A stretch of DNA of 64,000 bases from Thiohalorhabdus sp. Its GTDB lineage: Bacteria; Pseudomonadota; Gammaproteobacteria; Thiohalorhabdales; Thiohalorhabdaceae. The notes under the pieces were generated by a model. It did not search any database and was not told where the DNA came from. It saw only the letters and a list, made by a program, of their open reading frames with translations. Of the stretch, positions 18,496-28,387 are shown in pieces. The DNA lies in NCBI RefSeq assembly GCF_036628635.1, contig NZ_JAZKRM010000011.1, forward strand, positions 3,468-67,467, in the 5' to 3' direction. The translations under genes and the position numbers were made by a program. Positions within the stretch are counted from its first letter, which is position 1, and each line of letters opens with the position of its first letter.

Positions 18496-18518
18496 CCCGG
18501 CAGGGTCACCCTGCCGGG
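18496..18518. terminator. 10-bp perfect hairpin between convergent genes (CCCGGCAGGG-TCA-CCCTGCCGGG)
   Basis: Perfect inverted repeat at 18496-18505 and 18509-18518 between the EAL stub (+) and fccB (-). There is no U-tract on either side, so terminator function is uncertain. Confidence 0.4.
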
Positions 18519-18541
18519 CCAATTCCTCAACTTTCCGGGGT

Positions 18542-19858
18542 TTAGCCCCAGATGTCGTCGGTTACGCCGGCGAACCAGCCGCGGCTATAGCGCGCCTCCC
18601 GCATGCGGAAGAAGTCACCGGCGCCGCTGGGGCTGACGCCGCCGGCGCCTTCCACCCCCCGGATCTTGCCGTCTTCGAAGTGATACACCGCGGCCACGCT
18701 GATGCCGTAGTCCGGACCCACCAGGCTGTAGCAGGTGTTCACCAGGGACGGCTCGGGAACCTTCTGGCCACGTAGCTCGGAGACAATGGCAGCGGCCGTC
18801 ATCTTGCCCTGGTTGTTGGCGGCGAAGGCCGACTTCGGCATGGCCCCGGCGATGGAGGCATCGCCGATGACGTGGACGCCGGGTTGGACGCTGGACTCGA
18901 AGGTACGCTGGTCCACCGGGCACCACCCGGTTTCATCGGTAAGGCCCATGTCCCGGGCGATCTTGCCGGCCCGCTGCGGGGGAATGACATTGAGCACGTC
19001 GACATCGTGCTCCTCGAAGCCTTCCCGGGTAGCGACCACCCGGTTCCCGGGATCCACCCGGTGGATGACACCACCCTCGGAGCCGGGCACCCATTCGATC
19101 ATGTCGCCGTAGAGCTCGGCCCAGCCCTCCTCGAACAGGCCCTGCTTGGAGAAGCCGTCCTTGGCGTCGAGGACTAGTACTTTGGAGCGGGGCTTGTTCT
19201 CTTTGAGGTAGTGGGCGACCAGGCTGGCGCGTTCGTAGGGACCGGGCGGGCACCGGAACGGATTCGTTGGCGGGCAAATGGCCACGGTGCCGCCGTCGTC
19301 CATAGCCTCCAGCTGGCGGCGGAGGATGCGGTACTGTTTACCGCCTGCCCAGGCGTGGGGCACCTGCTCGGTGTCCTCGGGCCCCATGCCGCTGACGTCC
19401 TCCCAACGGAAGTCGATGCCCGGCGAGATCACCAGGCGGTCGAAGGACAGCTTGCCGTTCTCGGCGAGCCGGGCCTCGCCTTTGTCGCTGTCCCACCGGG
19501 TAACGGTATCCTGGACGATCTTGACGCCATGCTCTTTCTGCAAGGCGTCGAAGCCCTGGCGCGTGCGTTCAAACTCCCGGAAACCGCCGAGATACCAGTT
19601 GGCGCCGAAGCAGGTGTGGTACACCGGGTCCTTCTCCACAAGGGTGACCTCGACGGAGGGGTCAAACTTGCGCAGGTATTTGGCGGTGGTGGCTCCTCCG
19701 GGGCCGCCTCCGACAACTACCACCCGCTTGCCGGTCGCACCACCGGCCCTGGAGGCACGGATGCCACCACCGAGGCCAACAGCCAGCCCGGTAGCACCGG
19801 TGGCCTTCAGAACATTACGGCGGGACCAGCGAATGCTGTTAAAGCGCTGGGTAGCCAT
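18542..19858 (-). CDS. fccB: flavocytochrome c sulfide dehydrogenase, flavoprotein subunit
   Basis: Tat-type signal (SRRNVLKATGATGLAVG), FAD motif VVVVGGGPGGATTAKYL and an FccB/SoxF-like body. It lies directly downstream of a small cytochrome c gene. Confidence 0.9.
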   Translation of the reverse strand: MATQRFNSIRWSRRNVLKATGATGLAVGLGGGIRASRAGGATGKRVVVVGGGPGGATTAKYLRKFDPSVEVTLVEKDPVYHTCFGANWYLGGFREFERTRQGFDALQKEHGVKIVQDTVTRWDSDKGEARLAENGKLSFDRLVISPGIDFRWEDVSGMGPEDTEQVPHAWAGGKQYRILRRQLEAMDDGGTVAICPPTNPFRCPPGPYERASLVAHYLKENKPRSKVLVLDAKDGFSKQGLFEEGWAELYGDMIEWVPGSEGGVIHRVDPGNRVVATREGFEEHDVDVLNVIPPQRAGKIARDMGLTDETGWCPVDQRTFESSVQPGVHVIGDASIAGAMPKSAFAANNQGKMTAAAIVSELRGQKVPEPSLVNTCYSLVGPDYGISVAAVYHFEDGKIRGVEGAGGVSPSGAGDFFRMREARYSRGWFAGVTDDIWG

Positions 19859-19870
19859 GGTTTGCCCCCT

Positions 19871-20179
19871 TTAGTTCAGATCGGCGATGTGGCTGGCAAT
19901 GGCCCGGATCTCAGCGTCCGAATAGGCGGCCGCGTGGCGGTTCATGACCGTAGCGTCGGAGTCCGGGTCGTCGCGGTACGAGGTCATCGAGTTGATCAGC
20001 CCCTGCTCGGTGTAGTCCTGAATCGAAGGCATCTCACCGGGTCCCTGGCCCTTGCTGCCGTGACAGCTCAGGCAGTTGTTGGCCATGATCTGCCCCTTGG
20101 AAATCTGCTCGGCCTGTGCCTGGGGCAAGGCCAGCAGGCCGACGGCGAGAATGGATAGGCCTGCCCATTTTCCTGTCAT
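19871..20179 (-). CDS. fccA: flavocytochrome c cytochrome subunit (monohaem class I c-type cytochrome)
   Basis: Signal peptide and a single CLSCH haem-binding motif, 12 nt upstream of fccB. Confidence 0.8.
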   Translation of the reverse strand: MTGKWAGLSILAVGLLALPQAQAEQISKGQIMANNCLSCHGSKGQGPGEMPSIQDYTEQGLINSMTSYRDDPDSDATVMNRHAAAYSDAEIRAIASHIADLN

Positions 20180-20244
20180 GGTTGCCTCCTCCGGATGGGG
20201 CCACCCGTCGGGCGGGATGGCGTGACGGACCCACGTAATCCCCT

Positions 20245-20260
20245 GTGTTCAAAGTGACAC
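20245..20260. promoter_or_regulatory. imperfect palindrome GTGTTC-N4-TGACAC upstream of fccA
   Basis: Located ~70-80 nt upstream of the fccA ATG. The half-sites match 5 of 6 positions. Confidence 0.25.
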
Positions 20261-20438
20261 GGCTTGTACCTCTGTTAAAGAGAGCAATTAAGGGGAGGTG
20301 GGGCGCCGTGCAGGACGGGGCAATCCGGCTGGAAGCGAGCGGCGGGTGCCTTCCGAGGTTCGTCCGCCGGCCTCGGTCTCCTCCCGGGGGCACAGGGGTG
20401 GACTTGGGGTCCGCTCGCTTCAGGGCGGGAATTCGTCT

Positions 20439-20975
20439 CTAGCCCGCCATTCCCTGGGGCTCCAGCGCCCGCTCTACTCCGGGGTTGACCTCCATGCCCT
20501 CGCGGGAGGCCTCCAGGGCGGGACACTCGCCCAGGTCCACCGGGGTCATGTCCGTCCACCGAGTCAGGACGTAGACGAAGGGATCCACCACCGTGCGCCG
20601 TTCGGCCAACGGGTAGCGCCCCGCTTCCATGCCGTCCCCCAGGAGCTCGTATAGGTCGGGCATCCGGGCATCCGGGCATCCGGGCATCCGGGCATCCGGG
20701 CATCCGGGCATGCGCGGTAGCGCGGACGGTGTCGTGCTCGGCCTCGTCCGGATGGAAGCGTTGGGGCGCGAAATGGGGGCCGTAGGCGAAAGCGTGCATT
20801 TCCGTGGCTAGGAAGGCTAGCCACTGGTTGATGGCGTAGCGCTTGTCGGCGTCCGTGCCGCCCAGTTCCGCCCCGGGGTAGGCCTCGGTGATCCCGTTGA
20901 GGTTGGCGGGGACCCCGGTCAGGATCCGGCCGTCGTCCCCGGACCAGGGCGGGGACTTTGCCCAGCGGGTGGATT
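20439..20975 (-). pseudogene. glutathione S-transferase remnant (N-terminally truncated, one frameshift near 20935-20945, frame broken again by an octanucleotide repeat)
   Basis: GST motifs are spread over three frames: DYLVIHPLGKVPALV, then GDDGRILTG...AINQWLAFLATEMHAFAYGPHF, then DLYELLGDGMEAGRYPLAERRTVVDPFVYVLTRW...CPALEA. The ~50 N-terminal residues are missing. Confidence 0.7.
20661..20708. repeat. 6 perfect tandem copies of the octamer CATCCGGG
   Basis: Read directly: catccggg x6, followed by catgcgcgg. Confidence 0.95.
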
Positions 20976-21715
20976 ACCAGATAGTCAGAGGGATAACCAC
21001 AAAGGCCCTGATCGCAATTGGCGTCGGTATTGCCGCAGCGCTGGTGGGATTTCGTTACTGGATCTATCACCATCCCCCCTTTCGGCTGCGCGGCGGGGAG
21101 CCGGGCTCGGCCACTCCCGCAGACTACGGCCTGCCCTTTGAGGCGATCACTATCGCCAGCGATGGCTCCCGCCTGGCTGCCTGGTGGGTGCCCGCCCCGC
21201 CCAGTCACCCCTCCGGAAAGGCCGTCCTGATCTGTCACGGCAACCGCGAGACCCTGTCGGGCTGGGCGGGCCCCGTGGCCTACCTGCATGGTGCCGGCCA
21301 CGCGTTTTTGGTATTCGACTACAGCGGCTTCGGGGCCAGCACCGGCCGGGCGACGCCCCGCCGGCTGGGCCGGGATTGCCGGGCCGCCTTCGCCGAGCTT
21401 CGGGGCTGGGCCACAGCGCAGACGGAGCTGTACATGCTGGGGTATTCCCTGGGCACCGGGGTCCTGTTAGAGAGCCTGGCCCGGGAAGGGCCCGAGACCG
21501 CGGGCACGATCCTGGTGTCGCCCCACGCCGACATGCGCACCCTGATCCTGCACAGCCGCGACAACGAGGTGGTGCCCGCTAGCGCTGTCCGGGCCCTGGC
21601 GGAGGCGGCCGGGAAGGGGGCCGTGCTGAGGGAGATTACGGGCTGGTCGCATGGGGATTTCTTCCGTCGGCCGGATTCGGCTTACTGGGATGTGGTTCCG
21701 GAGTTTATCGGCTAA
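20888..21715 (+). CDS. alpha/beta hydrolase with an N-terminal membrane anchor (possibly internally deleted)
   Basis: TM helix ALIAIGVGIAAALVGF, HG oxyanion motif VLICHGN, nucleophile elbow GYSLG, then Asp (HSRDNEVVP) and His (GWSHGDF). The spacing between the post-nucleophile strand and the Asp strand is only ~10 aa. The start is uncertain (GTG 20888 or GTG 20969). Confidence 0.65.
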   Translation: MIPLRLAGTPVRIRPSSPDQGGDFAQRVDYQIVRGITTKALIAIGVGIAAALVGFRYWIYHHPPFRLRGGEPGSATPADYGLPFEAITIASDGSRLAAWWVPAPPSHPSGKAVLICHGNRETLSGWAGPVAYLHGAGHAFLVFDYSGFGASTGRATPRRLGRDCRAAFAELRGWATAQTELYMLGYSLGTGVLLESLAREGPETAGTILVSPHADMRTLILHSRDNEVVPASAVRALAEAAGKGAVLREITGWSHGDFFRRPDSAYWDVVPEFIG

Positions 21716-21731
21716 CCGTAACGGGGTAGCG

Positions 21732-22364
21732 ATGGTTATTTTAAGACGGGCCCGTGCCTTGGTCGCTCGGGAGGGGCTAGCCTGTCCGGTACGATCTACG
21801 CTGGCGGCGGCCGGGGGCTTCCTCCTGCTCATGGGGTGCACCACGGTCTTGGAGGAACCCGCGCCCGAAGGTGAGGCCCGGCCGGTCTTCCTGCTCGACC
21901 ACGGCCGCCATGCCACGCTGGTGCTGGTCCGGCCCGACGGCGGCCTGGTGCGGTACGCCTACGGCGACTGGGCCTACTACGGGTGTAATCGCACGGGCTT
22001 CGGCCGCGCAGCGGCGGCGCTACTGTGGCCCACCCGGGCGGGGCTGGGCCGGCGCGAGCTAGCCGGACCGGCCGCCCCGGAAGGGGTGCGCTCGGCGGTG
22101 AATGTACCGATTCAGGCCCTGCATACGGTGGTCGTCGCGCGCAAACGCTCCGCCGCCCTCCAGGGGCGGCTCGACAGGGTTTTCTGGGAAGCCGATTCCA
22201 CCCGGCACCTCAACCGGTGGTATGATCTGGTCTTCGTCCCCCACCCGGACACTTATCACCTGTTCCGCAACTCCAACAGGCGGGTGGCTGCCTGGCTAAA
22301 GGAGCTTGGGGTAGCGGTCCGGGGGCCGGCGATATGGTCGAGCTGGCGTGTTGACGAACAGTGA
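21732..22364 (+). CDS. DUF2459-like lipoprotein
   Basis: Lipobox LLLMGC. The C-terminal YHLFRNSNRRVAAWLKELGV resembles the family's conserved tail. Confidence 0.55.
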   Translation: MVILRRARALVAREGLACPVRSTLAAAGGFLLLMGCTTVLEEPAPEGEARPVFLLDHGRHATLVLVRPDGGLVRYAYGDWAYYGCNRTGFGRAAAALLWPTRAGLGRRELAGPAAPEGVRSAVNVPIQALHTVVVARKRSAALQGRLDRVFWEADSTRHLNRWYDLVFVPHPDTYHLFRNSNRRVAAWLKELGVAVRGPAIWSSWRVDEQ

Positions 22365-22452
22365 CCAGGTCGGCCCAGCCGCCCCGGGTAGCCCCATCCG
22401 GCCCAGTGGCACCCAATCCGGTGCGGCCCCGGCGGCCGGCAAGGAGGCAGCG

Positions 22453-22704
22453 ATGTTCAAGGTGCGAATCGGCGACGCTGAGCCCGTGGATGTGGCCACG
22501 TTGCGGCTGGGATGGCGGGCCATCGCGGACGGCTACGCCGGGCTGCCCCCCGAAAAGGCCCTGACCTGGAGCATCGAGGCCTTCGACGGCAGCTTCCACC
22601 GGGAGACCCTGACCCGGGACGACTGGGAGGAGCGCTTCCCCGGGCCCCTGGCCTTCTCCCGGTTCCTGAGCGACGGCGACTGGAGGGACAGCGGCCGGTC
22701 TTAG
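22453..22704 (+). CDS. hypothetical protein (83 aa)
   Basis: The ATG is preceded by AAGGAGG. No recognisable family. Confidence 0.5.
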   Translation: MFKVRIGDAEPVDVATLRLGWRAIADGYAGLPPEKALTWSIEAFDGSFHRETLTRDDWEERFPGPLAFSRFLSDGDWRDSGRS

Positions 22705-22746
22705 GCCGGGTCCCCGAAACTCGAGACGAAAAGCCCCCTGAAGCCC

Positions 22747-23454
22747 TTGAAGCCTCAAGCCCTCGCCTTTGATCTGGACGGTACCCTCTGGTCCTGTGAC
22801 GATGTCATCAAGCGGGCCGAGGGGGCCCTCTACGCCTGGCTGAAGCGCCATCACCCCCTCATCACAGAGGCCTACGACCGGGAGGCTATGCGGGTGGTCC
22901 GGCGGGATCTGGCCCGGCGCCATCCCGAGCTGGCCGCCGACGTCACCGCGCTGCGCCGGGCCAGCCTGGAATGGCATGCCCGAGAGGCTGGCTATGACCC
23001 CGGTCTGGCCGAGACCGGATTGGCGGTCTTCCTGGCCGAGCGTCATCAGGTGACACCCTACGCCGACGCCCGCCCCGCCCTGGAGCGCCTGGCCGGGGCG
23101 TTCCCCCTGGTGGCGCTGACCAATGGCAACGCCGACGTGCGGCAGACCGAGCTGGGCGATCTGTTCCATCATTTCCTAACCGCCGCCGACGTCGGTGCCG
23201 CCAAGCCGGACCCCGCCCTGTTTCATGCAGCCTGCCGGGATATGGGCGTCCAGCCCTGGGACATGGTCCACATCGGGGACGACCCCGTCCGCGACATCCA
23301 CGCCGCCCATCATTTCGGAGCCCGTACGGTGTGGATCAACCGCGAGGGCGGCGAATGGCCGGCCGACGTGCGGCGGGCGCACCACGAGATCGTCAGCCTG
23401 GCGGAGTTGCCGGAAGCTCTGGGCCTCGAGGCCGGGGACGGGGGTGCGCGGTAG
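22747..23454 (+). CDS. HAD-superfamily hydrolase (subfamily IA)
   Basis: Motif I FDLDGTLW, motif II-like LTNG and motif IV HIGDDPVRDI. TTG start as given by the ORF track. Confidence 0.8.
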   Translation: MKPQALAFDLDGTLWSCDDVIKRAEGALYAWLKRHHPLITEAYDREAMRVVRRDLARRHPELAADVTALRRASLEWHAREAGYDPGLAETGLAVFLAERHQVTPYADARPALERLAGAFPLVALTNGNADVRQTELGDLFHHFLTAADVGAAKPDPALFHAACRDMGVQPWDMVHIGDDPVRDIHAAHHFGARTVWINREGGEWPADVRRAHHEIVSLAELPEALGLEAGDGGAR

Positions 23455-24108
23455 CCGGCCCCTGCAGTCGCTTCCTCCTTGGCGAGCGGCAGCCTGCCTA
23501 GGGGAAGCCTGCAGCAGGTCCCTCAGTGCCGGCCAGACATTGGCCAGGATGCGGGCGTGGCCGTCGGCGTTGGGATGGATGCCATCGGCCTGCATGTGCT
23601 CCCGACGTTCGCCCACGCCAGAGAGCAGGCGGGGCACAAGAGCGGCGTCACGGCTTTCCGCCACCTCGCGATACACCTTGGTGAAGGCCTCGGTATAGGC
23701 CGGCCCGTAGTTGGGCGGCAGCCGGATTCCGAGCAGCAGGACGCGGGCGCCGGCGTCCCGCGAAAGGTTGATCATCTCCTCGAGGTTGGCCCGCATGGCA
23801 GACAGCGGCTGGCCGCGCAGGCCGTCATTGCCGCCGAGCTGGATGACCACCACCGTGGGCCGGTGCTCGGCCAGGGCGTCGGGGAGGCGGGCCAGGCCAC
23901 CGCTGGTGGTGTCGCCCCCGACGCTGGCGTTGACGACTTGGTGCGGGAAGCCCCGATCGTCCAACCGCTGGCGCAGGCGGTCCACCCAGCCGTCTTCCAC
24001 CGCCACCCCGTGGGCGGCGCTGATGCTGTCGCCCACGACCAGGATAACGGGGGCGGCGGGTGCCGGTGACGCGGCGACCATGAGCACGACAGCCAGGAGC
24101 AGGCGCAT
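23176..24108 (-). CDS. tesA: SGNH/GDSL arylesterase-thioesterase TesA with a ~100-aa tail of no similarity
   Basis: Signal peptide, block I VVGDSIS, block III QLGGNDG and block V DGIHPN. The homologous part ends near 23490, but there is no in-frame stop until 23176. Confidence 0.8.
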   Translation of the reverse strand: MRLLLAVVLMVAASPAPAAPVILVVGDSISAAHGVAVEDGWVDRLRQRLDDRGFPHQVVNASVGGDTTSGGLARLPDALAEHRPTVVVIQLGGNDGLRGQPLSAMRANLEEMINLSRDAGARVLLLGIRLPPNYGPAYTEAFTKVYREVAESRDAALVPRLLSGVGERREHMQADGIHPNADGHARILANVWPALRDLLQASPRQAAARQGGSDCRGRLPRTPVPGLEAQSFRQLRQADDLVVRPPHVGRPFAALAVDPHRTGSEMMGGVDVADGVVPDVDHVPGLDAHIPAGCMKQGGVRLGGTDVGGG

Positions 24109-24793
24109 GAAGCAGTCCTCCCAACCGGTTTTGCGGACCTCGGATCTGGGGAGCCGGGTGGCCGGCCCCGCGGGAACGCTAACCATTGTGGACGGTGTCG
24201 AGCTCGCGGTCGCCCCGGGCGAGGCGGTGGCGGTCCTGGGGCCCTCGGGCGCTGGCAAGTCCACCCTGCTGGGCCTGCTTGCCGGCCTGGACGCGCCCAG
24301 CAGCGGTGATGTCCGGCTGTTCGGCCACTGGCTGGGGGTCTTGGACGAGGACGGCCGCGCCGCTCTGCGCGCCGGCCGGGTGGGCTTCGTGTTCCAGTCC
24401 TTCCAGCTGGTTCCTGGCCTGACCGCCCTGGAGAACGTCATGCTGCCGCTGGAGCTGGCCGACCGCAGCGGTGTCCGGGCCACCGCCCGGGCTGCCCTGG
24501 ACCAGGTCGGCCTGGGCCAGCGCGCCGGTCATCTGCCGGGCCAGCTCTCCGGCGGCGAGCAGCAGCGGGTGGCCATGGCGCGGGCGTTCGCCCCGGATCC
24601 CGAGCTGTTGTTCGCGGACGAGCCCACCGGCAACCTGGATGGCCGCACCGGAGCGGCGGTCATCGACCAGTTGTTCGCCCTGCGCGCCGAGCGCGGCAGC
24701 ACCCTGGTGCTGGTGACCCACGATGAGGCGGTGGCCGCCCGCTGCGACCGGCGCCTGCGCATGGTGGACGGCACCCTGGAAACGGCCGGGTGA
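24107..24793 (+). CDS. ybbA: ABC transporter ATP-binding protein, YbbA/LolD-like
   Basis: Walker [10 protein letters not shown], signature LSGGEQQR and Walker B LLFADEPT. Divergent from tesA. Confidence 0.9.
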   Translation: MKQSSQPVLRTSDLGSRVAGPAGTLTIVDGVELAVAPGEAVAVLGPSGAGKSTLLGLLAGLDAPSSGDVRLFGHWLGVLDEDGRAALRAGRVGFVFQSFQLVPGLTALENVMLPLELADRSGVRATARAALDQVGLGQRAGHLPGQLSGGEQQRVAMARAFAPDPELLFADEPTGNLDGRTGAAVIDQLFALRAERGSTLVLVTHDEAVAARCDRRLRMVDGTLETAG

Positions 24794-27282
24794 AGGCCCT
24801 GCGTTTCGCCCTCCGCGCCCTGCCGCGCGATCTCCGGGGCCGGGAGATGCGGGTGGTGGCGGCAGCCCTGGTGGTGGCGGTGGCGGCGCTGTCGGCGGTG
24901 GGCTTCTTTGCCGATCGCGTCGAGCGGGTCCTGGCCCAGCGTGCTACCAGCCTACTTGGGGCCAATTTGGTGGTGGAGGCCGACCGGGAGCTGGGCGAGT
25001 CCTGGCGCGCCCGGGCGCGAGGGCTGGACCTGCGCACCGCCGAATACGTCACCTTCCCCAGCGTGATTGTCGCCGACGACGCCACCGAGCTGGTCGCGGT
25101 CAAGGCGGTGGGGCCCGACTACCCCCTGCGCGGAGAGGTCCGGCTGAGCGATGCCCCTTACGGCACCGGGGAGGTGGCCGCGGGCCCACCGGAGCGGGGC
25201 AGCTTGTGGCTGGATCCGCGCCTGTTCACCCGCCTAAACCTGGCGGTGGGCGATGCCGTCCCCCTGGGCGAGGCCGAGCTAGTGGTGGCCGCCTCCCTGG
25301 CCCACGAGCCCGATCGTAGCGGCGCCCTGTTCCAGATGGCGCCGCGGGTTATGATCCACCGCGCCGGCCTGGCCGCAACCGGGCTGATCAGCGACGCCAG
25401 CCGGGTCAGCCACCACCTGCTGTTGGCGGGTCCGGAAGCGGCGGTGGCAACCTTCCGGTCCTGGGCCGAGGCAAGGGGCGGGGAAGGGGTCGAGGTCCAA
25501 GGGGTGGGCGATGCCCGTCCCGAGATGCGGGCGGCCCTGGAGCGGGCCGGCACGTTCCTGGGGCTAGCCGCGGTGCTGGCGGTTCTCCTGGCCGGGGCCG
25601 CCGTGGCCGTGGCGGTGCATGCCCTGAGCGCCCGCGAGGCCGATACCTCCGCCCTCATGCGCTGTTTCGGGGCGCCGCTGCGGCTGGTTGTGAGATCGCT
25701 GCTGCTGCGCCTGCTGCTGGTGGGCCTGCTCGCCAGCGCCACCGGAGTGGCCCTGGGATGGCTGGCCCAGAGCGGCCTGGTTGCCCTGGTGGGGGCCTGG
25801 TTCGGCGACGAGCTGCCGGGGCCTTCCCTCGTTCCCGTGGCTACCGGCCTGGTGGCCGGCGTGGTCACCCTGGCCGGTTTCGGGCTGGTGCCGGTCCTGC
25901 GCATACGGCGAGTTCCGGTGATACGCGTGCTGCGGCGTGAGCCGACGGCCCCAGAGCCCTCGGCCGTGGCCGCGGCGGCCCTGGCGGTGGCGGCGATCGC
26001 CGGTCTGGTGATCCATCAGGCCGGCGATCTCGCCCTGGCTGGCTGGGTGGTGGCGGGTACCCTGGGGCTGCTGGCGGCACTGGCCGCTGCCTCCTGGGGT
26101 CTGGTGCGTGCCGCCGGACGCTTCCGGGGCCGGGCGGTGAGCGGCTGGCGGTTCGGGCTGGCCAACCTGGCCCGGCGCCGTCGGGCGAGCACGGTGCAAA
26201 TGGTGGGCTTCGGCCTGGGGCTGCTGGCCCTGCTCTTGCTGGCGGTGGTGCGGGTGGACGTCCTGCGCGCTTGGGAGGCAGAGATCCCGCCCCAGGCGCC
26301 TAACCAGTTCATGATCAATATCCAGCCGGACCAGCTCGCGGGTGTCCAGGAGGGGCTCAAGGAGGCTGGTGTCGATCCGGAGGGCTTTTACCCCATGGCG
26401 CGGGGCCGCCTGGTGGCCGTCGACGGCGAATCCGTCGCCCCCGAGGATTTCCCCGAAGGCCGGGCCAGGCGCCTGGCCGAGCGCGAGTTCAACCTGTCCT
26501 GGGCCGATCGACCCCGCCCGGACTACGAGATCGCTGCCGGCGCCTGGTGGGCGGAGGCCGAAGCCGGGACGGCCGGTGAATGGTCGGTGGAGACCGGCAT
26601 CGCGGAGACCCTGGGGATCGCCGTGGGCGATGAGCTCACCTTCCGCGTCGCCGGCGAGCAGGTCCGCGGCACGGTGACCAATCTGCGGGAGGTGGACTGG
26701 ACCAGCTTCCGGGTCAACTTCTTCGTCATCGGCAACCCCGGGTTGATGGCCAATGCACCGGCCACCTGGATCACCAGCTACTGGGCGTCGCCGGAGCGCG
26801 CCGGCGCGATTGCCGAGGTGGTCCGGACCCATCCGGGGGTTACGGTGATCGATGTGCGCGAGATCCTCAATCGGGTGCGCGGGATCATCGCCCAGGGCAG
26901 CAGGGCAGTGGAGTACGTGTTCGGGTTCTCTCTTCTCGCCGGCATCCTGGTGTTGGCGGCGGCCGTCCAGGCCAGCCGCGACGAGCGCCGGGTGGAGACG
27001 GCCCTGCTGCGCACCCTGGGCGCCAGCCGCCGGCGGCTGCGTGCCATCCAGGCCGCCGAGTTCGCCGGCCTGGGTCTGCTGGCCGGCCTGATCGCTGCCA
27101 GCGGGGCCGCCGCCATCGGCTGGGCGATTACCGATCAGGTCCTGGGTCTGCCCTACCGCTTCAACGTCTGGCTGTTCGTGCTCGGCATGGGCGGCGGGGG
27201 GGCGGGCATCACAATAGCGGGGCTGATGGCCACGCGGCGGCTGCGCGAGGAGCGGCCACTGGCCGTTCTGCGCGGCGGCTGA
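24790..27282 (+). CDS. ybbP: FtsX-like ABC transporter permease, YbbP family
   Basis: 830 aa with two FtsX-type membrane domains. The GTG start overlaps the ybbA stop (GTGA). Confidence 0.85.
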   Translation: MKALRFALRALPRDLRGREMRVVAAALVVAVAALSAVGFFADRVERVLAQRATSLLGANLVVEADRELGESWRARARGLDLRTAEYVTFPSVIVADDATELVAVKAVGPDYPLRGEVRLSDAPYGTGEVAAGPPERGSLWLDPRLFTRLNLAVGDAVPLGEAELVVAASLAHEPDRSGALFQMAPRVMIHRAGLAATGLISDASRVSHHLLLAGPEAAVATFRSWAEARGGEGVEVQGVGDARPEMRAALERAGTFLGLAAVLAVLLAGAAVAVAVHALSAREADTSALMRCFGAPLRLVVRSLLLRLLLVGLLASATGVALGWLAQSGLVALVGAWFGDELPGPSLVPVATGLVAGVVTLAGFGLVPVLRIRRVPVIRVLRREPTAPEPSAVAAAALAVAAIAGLVIHQAGDLALAGWVVAGTLGLLAALAAASWGLVRAAGRFRGRAVSGWRFGLANLARRRRASTVQMVGFGLGLLALLLLAVVRVDVLRAWEAEIPPQAPNQFMINIQPDQLAGVQEGLKEAGVDPEGFYPMARGRLVAVDGESVAPEDFPEGRARRLAEREFNLSWADRPRPDYEIAAGAWWAEAEAGTAGEWSVETGIAETLGIAVGDELTFRVAGEQVRGTVTNLREVDWTSFRVNFFVIGNPGLMANAPATWITSYWASPERAGAIAEVVRTHPGVTVIDVREILNRVRGIIAQGSRAVEYVFGFSLLAGILVLAAAVQASRDERRVETALLRTLGASRRRLRAIQAAEFAGLGLLAGLIAASGAAAIGWAITDQVLGLPYRFNVWLFVLGMGGGGAGITIAGLMATRRLREERPLAVLRGG

Positions 27283-27328
27283 GGGCGGTACCAGGATCCT
27301 TGCCAAGGAAAAGCCCAAGGAGGCAGGC

Positions 27329-28387
27329 ATGTGGGCGCGACATGGTTTTAGCGGCGTTTTGGGGGAACTGGCGTTGGCCCTGGCCGGGATGCTGGCGGCC
27401 GGGGCATCGGCGGCCGGGGCACCGGCGGCCGGGGCATCGGCGGCCGGATCGCCTGCCTTCGATGCCCGCCTGAGCGGCTACGGCTACCCCTTCGAGGTGC
27501 GGCACTACGGTTTCCGGGCCCAGGAGCAGGACCTGGAGATGGCCTACATGGACGTCCAGGCCCCGGAGCGGAACGGTCATACCGTGCTGTTGCTCCACGG
27601 CAAGAACTTTTCCGGCGCCTACTGGGGTCGCACCATCGAGGCCCTGACTGATGCCGGCTACCGGGTGATCGCCCCGGACCAGATCGGCTTCGGCAAGTCC
27701 AACAAGCCCAGCGGCTTCCAGTACAGCTTCCACGCCCTGGCCAGCCATACCCGCCGGCTTTTGGACCATCGGGACGTCGAAGAAGTGAGGGTGGTTGGCC
27801 ATTCCATGGGCGGCATGCTGGCGGCGCGCTTCGCCCTGATGCATCCCGAGGTAACCGAGCGGCTGACCCTGGTCAATCCCATTGGTCTGGAGGACTGGAA
27901 GGCCAAGGGGGTGCCCTATACCCCCGTGGGCGAGCGTTACCGGTCGGAGCTGGACAAGACGCCCGAAGGGGTCAAGGCCTACATGCGGGGCAGCTATTTC
28001 GGCGGCGAATGGCAGCCAGCCTACGACCCACTAGTGACCATCCAGTCCGGATGGATCCGGGGCCCCGACTGGGACCGTCTGGCCTGGGTCTCGGCGCTTG
28101 CCTACGACATGATCTTTACCCAGCCGGTGGTCCACGAATTCCCGCGGCTCGATGTGCCCACCCAGCTGATCATCGGCCAGCGCGACCGCACGGCGCTGGG
28201 CACTGACAAGGTGGCTGACGACCTCGCGGCGGCCTTGGGCGATTACCCCGCGCTAGGACGCCAGGCCGCCGAGCGCATCCCGGACGCCCGGCTGGTGGCC
28301 CTAGAAGGCGTCGGCCACGTGCCTCATTTCGAGGCGTGGGACCGCTTCATCGAATCCCTCACCGGATTCCTGGAAGGGGCTCAGTAG
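27329..28387 (+). CDS. secreted alpha/beta hydrolase
   Basis: Signal or linker region, then HG motif LLLHGKNF and nucleophile elbow GHSMGG, with a C-terminal His (GVGHVPHFE). Confidence 0.85.
   Translation: MWARHGFSGVLGELALALAGMLAAGASAAGAPAAGASAAGSPAFDARLSGYGYPFEVRHYGFRAQEQDLEMAYMDVQAPERNGHTVLLLHGKNFSGAYWGRTIEALTDAGYRVIAPDQIGFGKSNKPSGFQYSFHALASHTRRLLDHRDVEEVRVVGHSMGGMLAARFALMHPEVTERLTLVNPIGLEDWKAKGVPYTPVGERYRSELDKTPEGVKAYMRGSYFGGEWQPAYDPLVTIQSGWIRGPDWDRLAWVSALAYDMIFTQPVVHEFPRLDVPTQLIIGQRDRTALGTDKVADDLAAALGDYPALGRQAAERIPDARLVALEGVGHVPHFEAWDRFIESLTGFLEGAQ
27394..27447. repeat. 3.6 copies of an in-frame 15-nt repeat GGCGGCCGGGGCA(T/C)C ([10 protein letters not shown])
   Basis: Read directly in the region just after the signal sequence of the hydrolase. 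Confidence 0.9.

Noticed and set aside
20661-20708. Possibility that the short tandem array is a CRISPR or an intact coding repeat
   Set aside because: The units are 8 nt with no spacers, so this is not a CRISPR. The repeat lies in a gene that is already truncated and frameshifted, so it is not encoding a functional peptide repeat.
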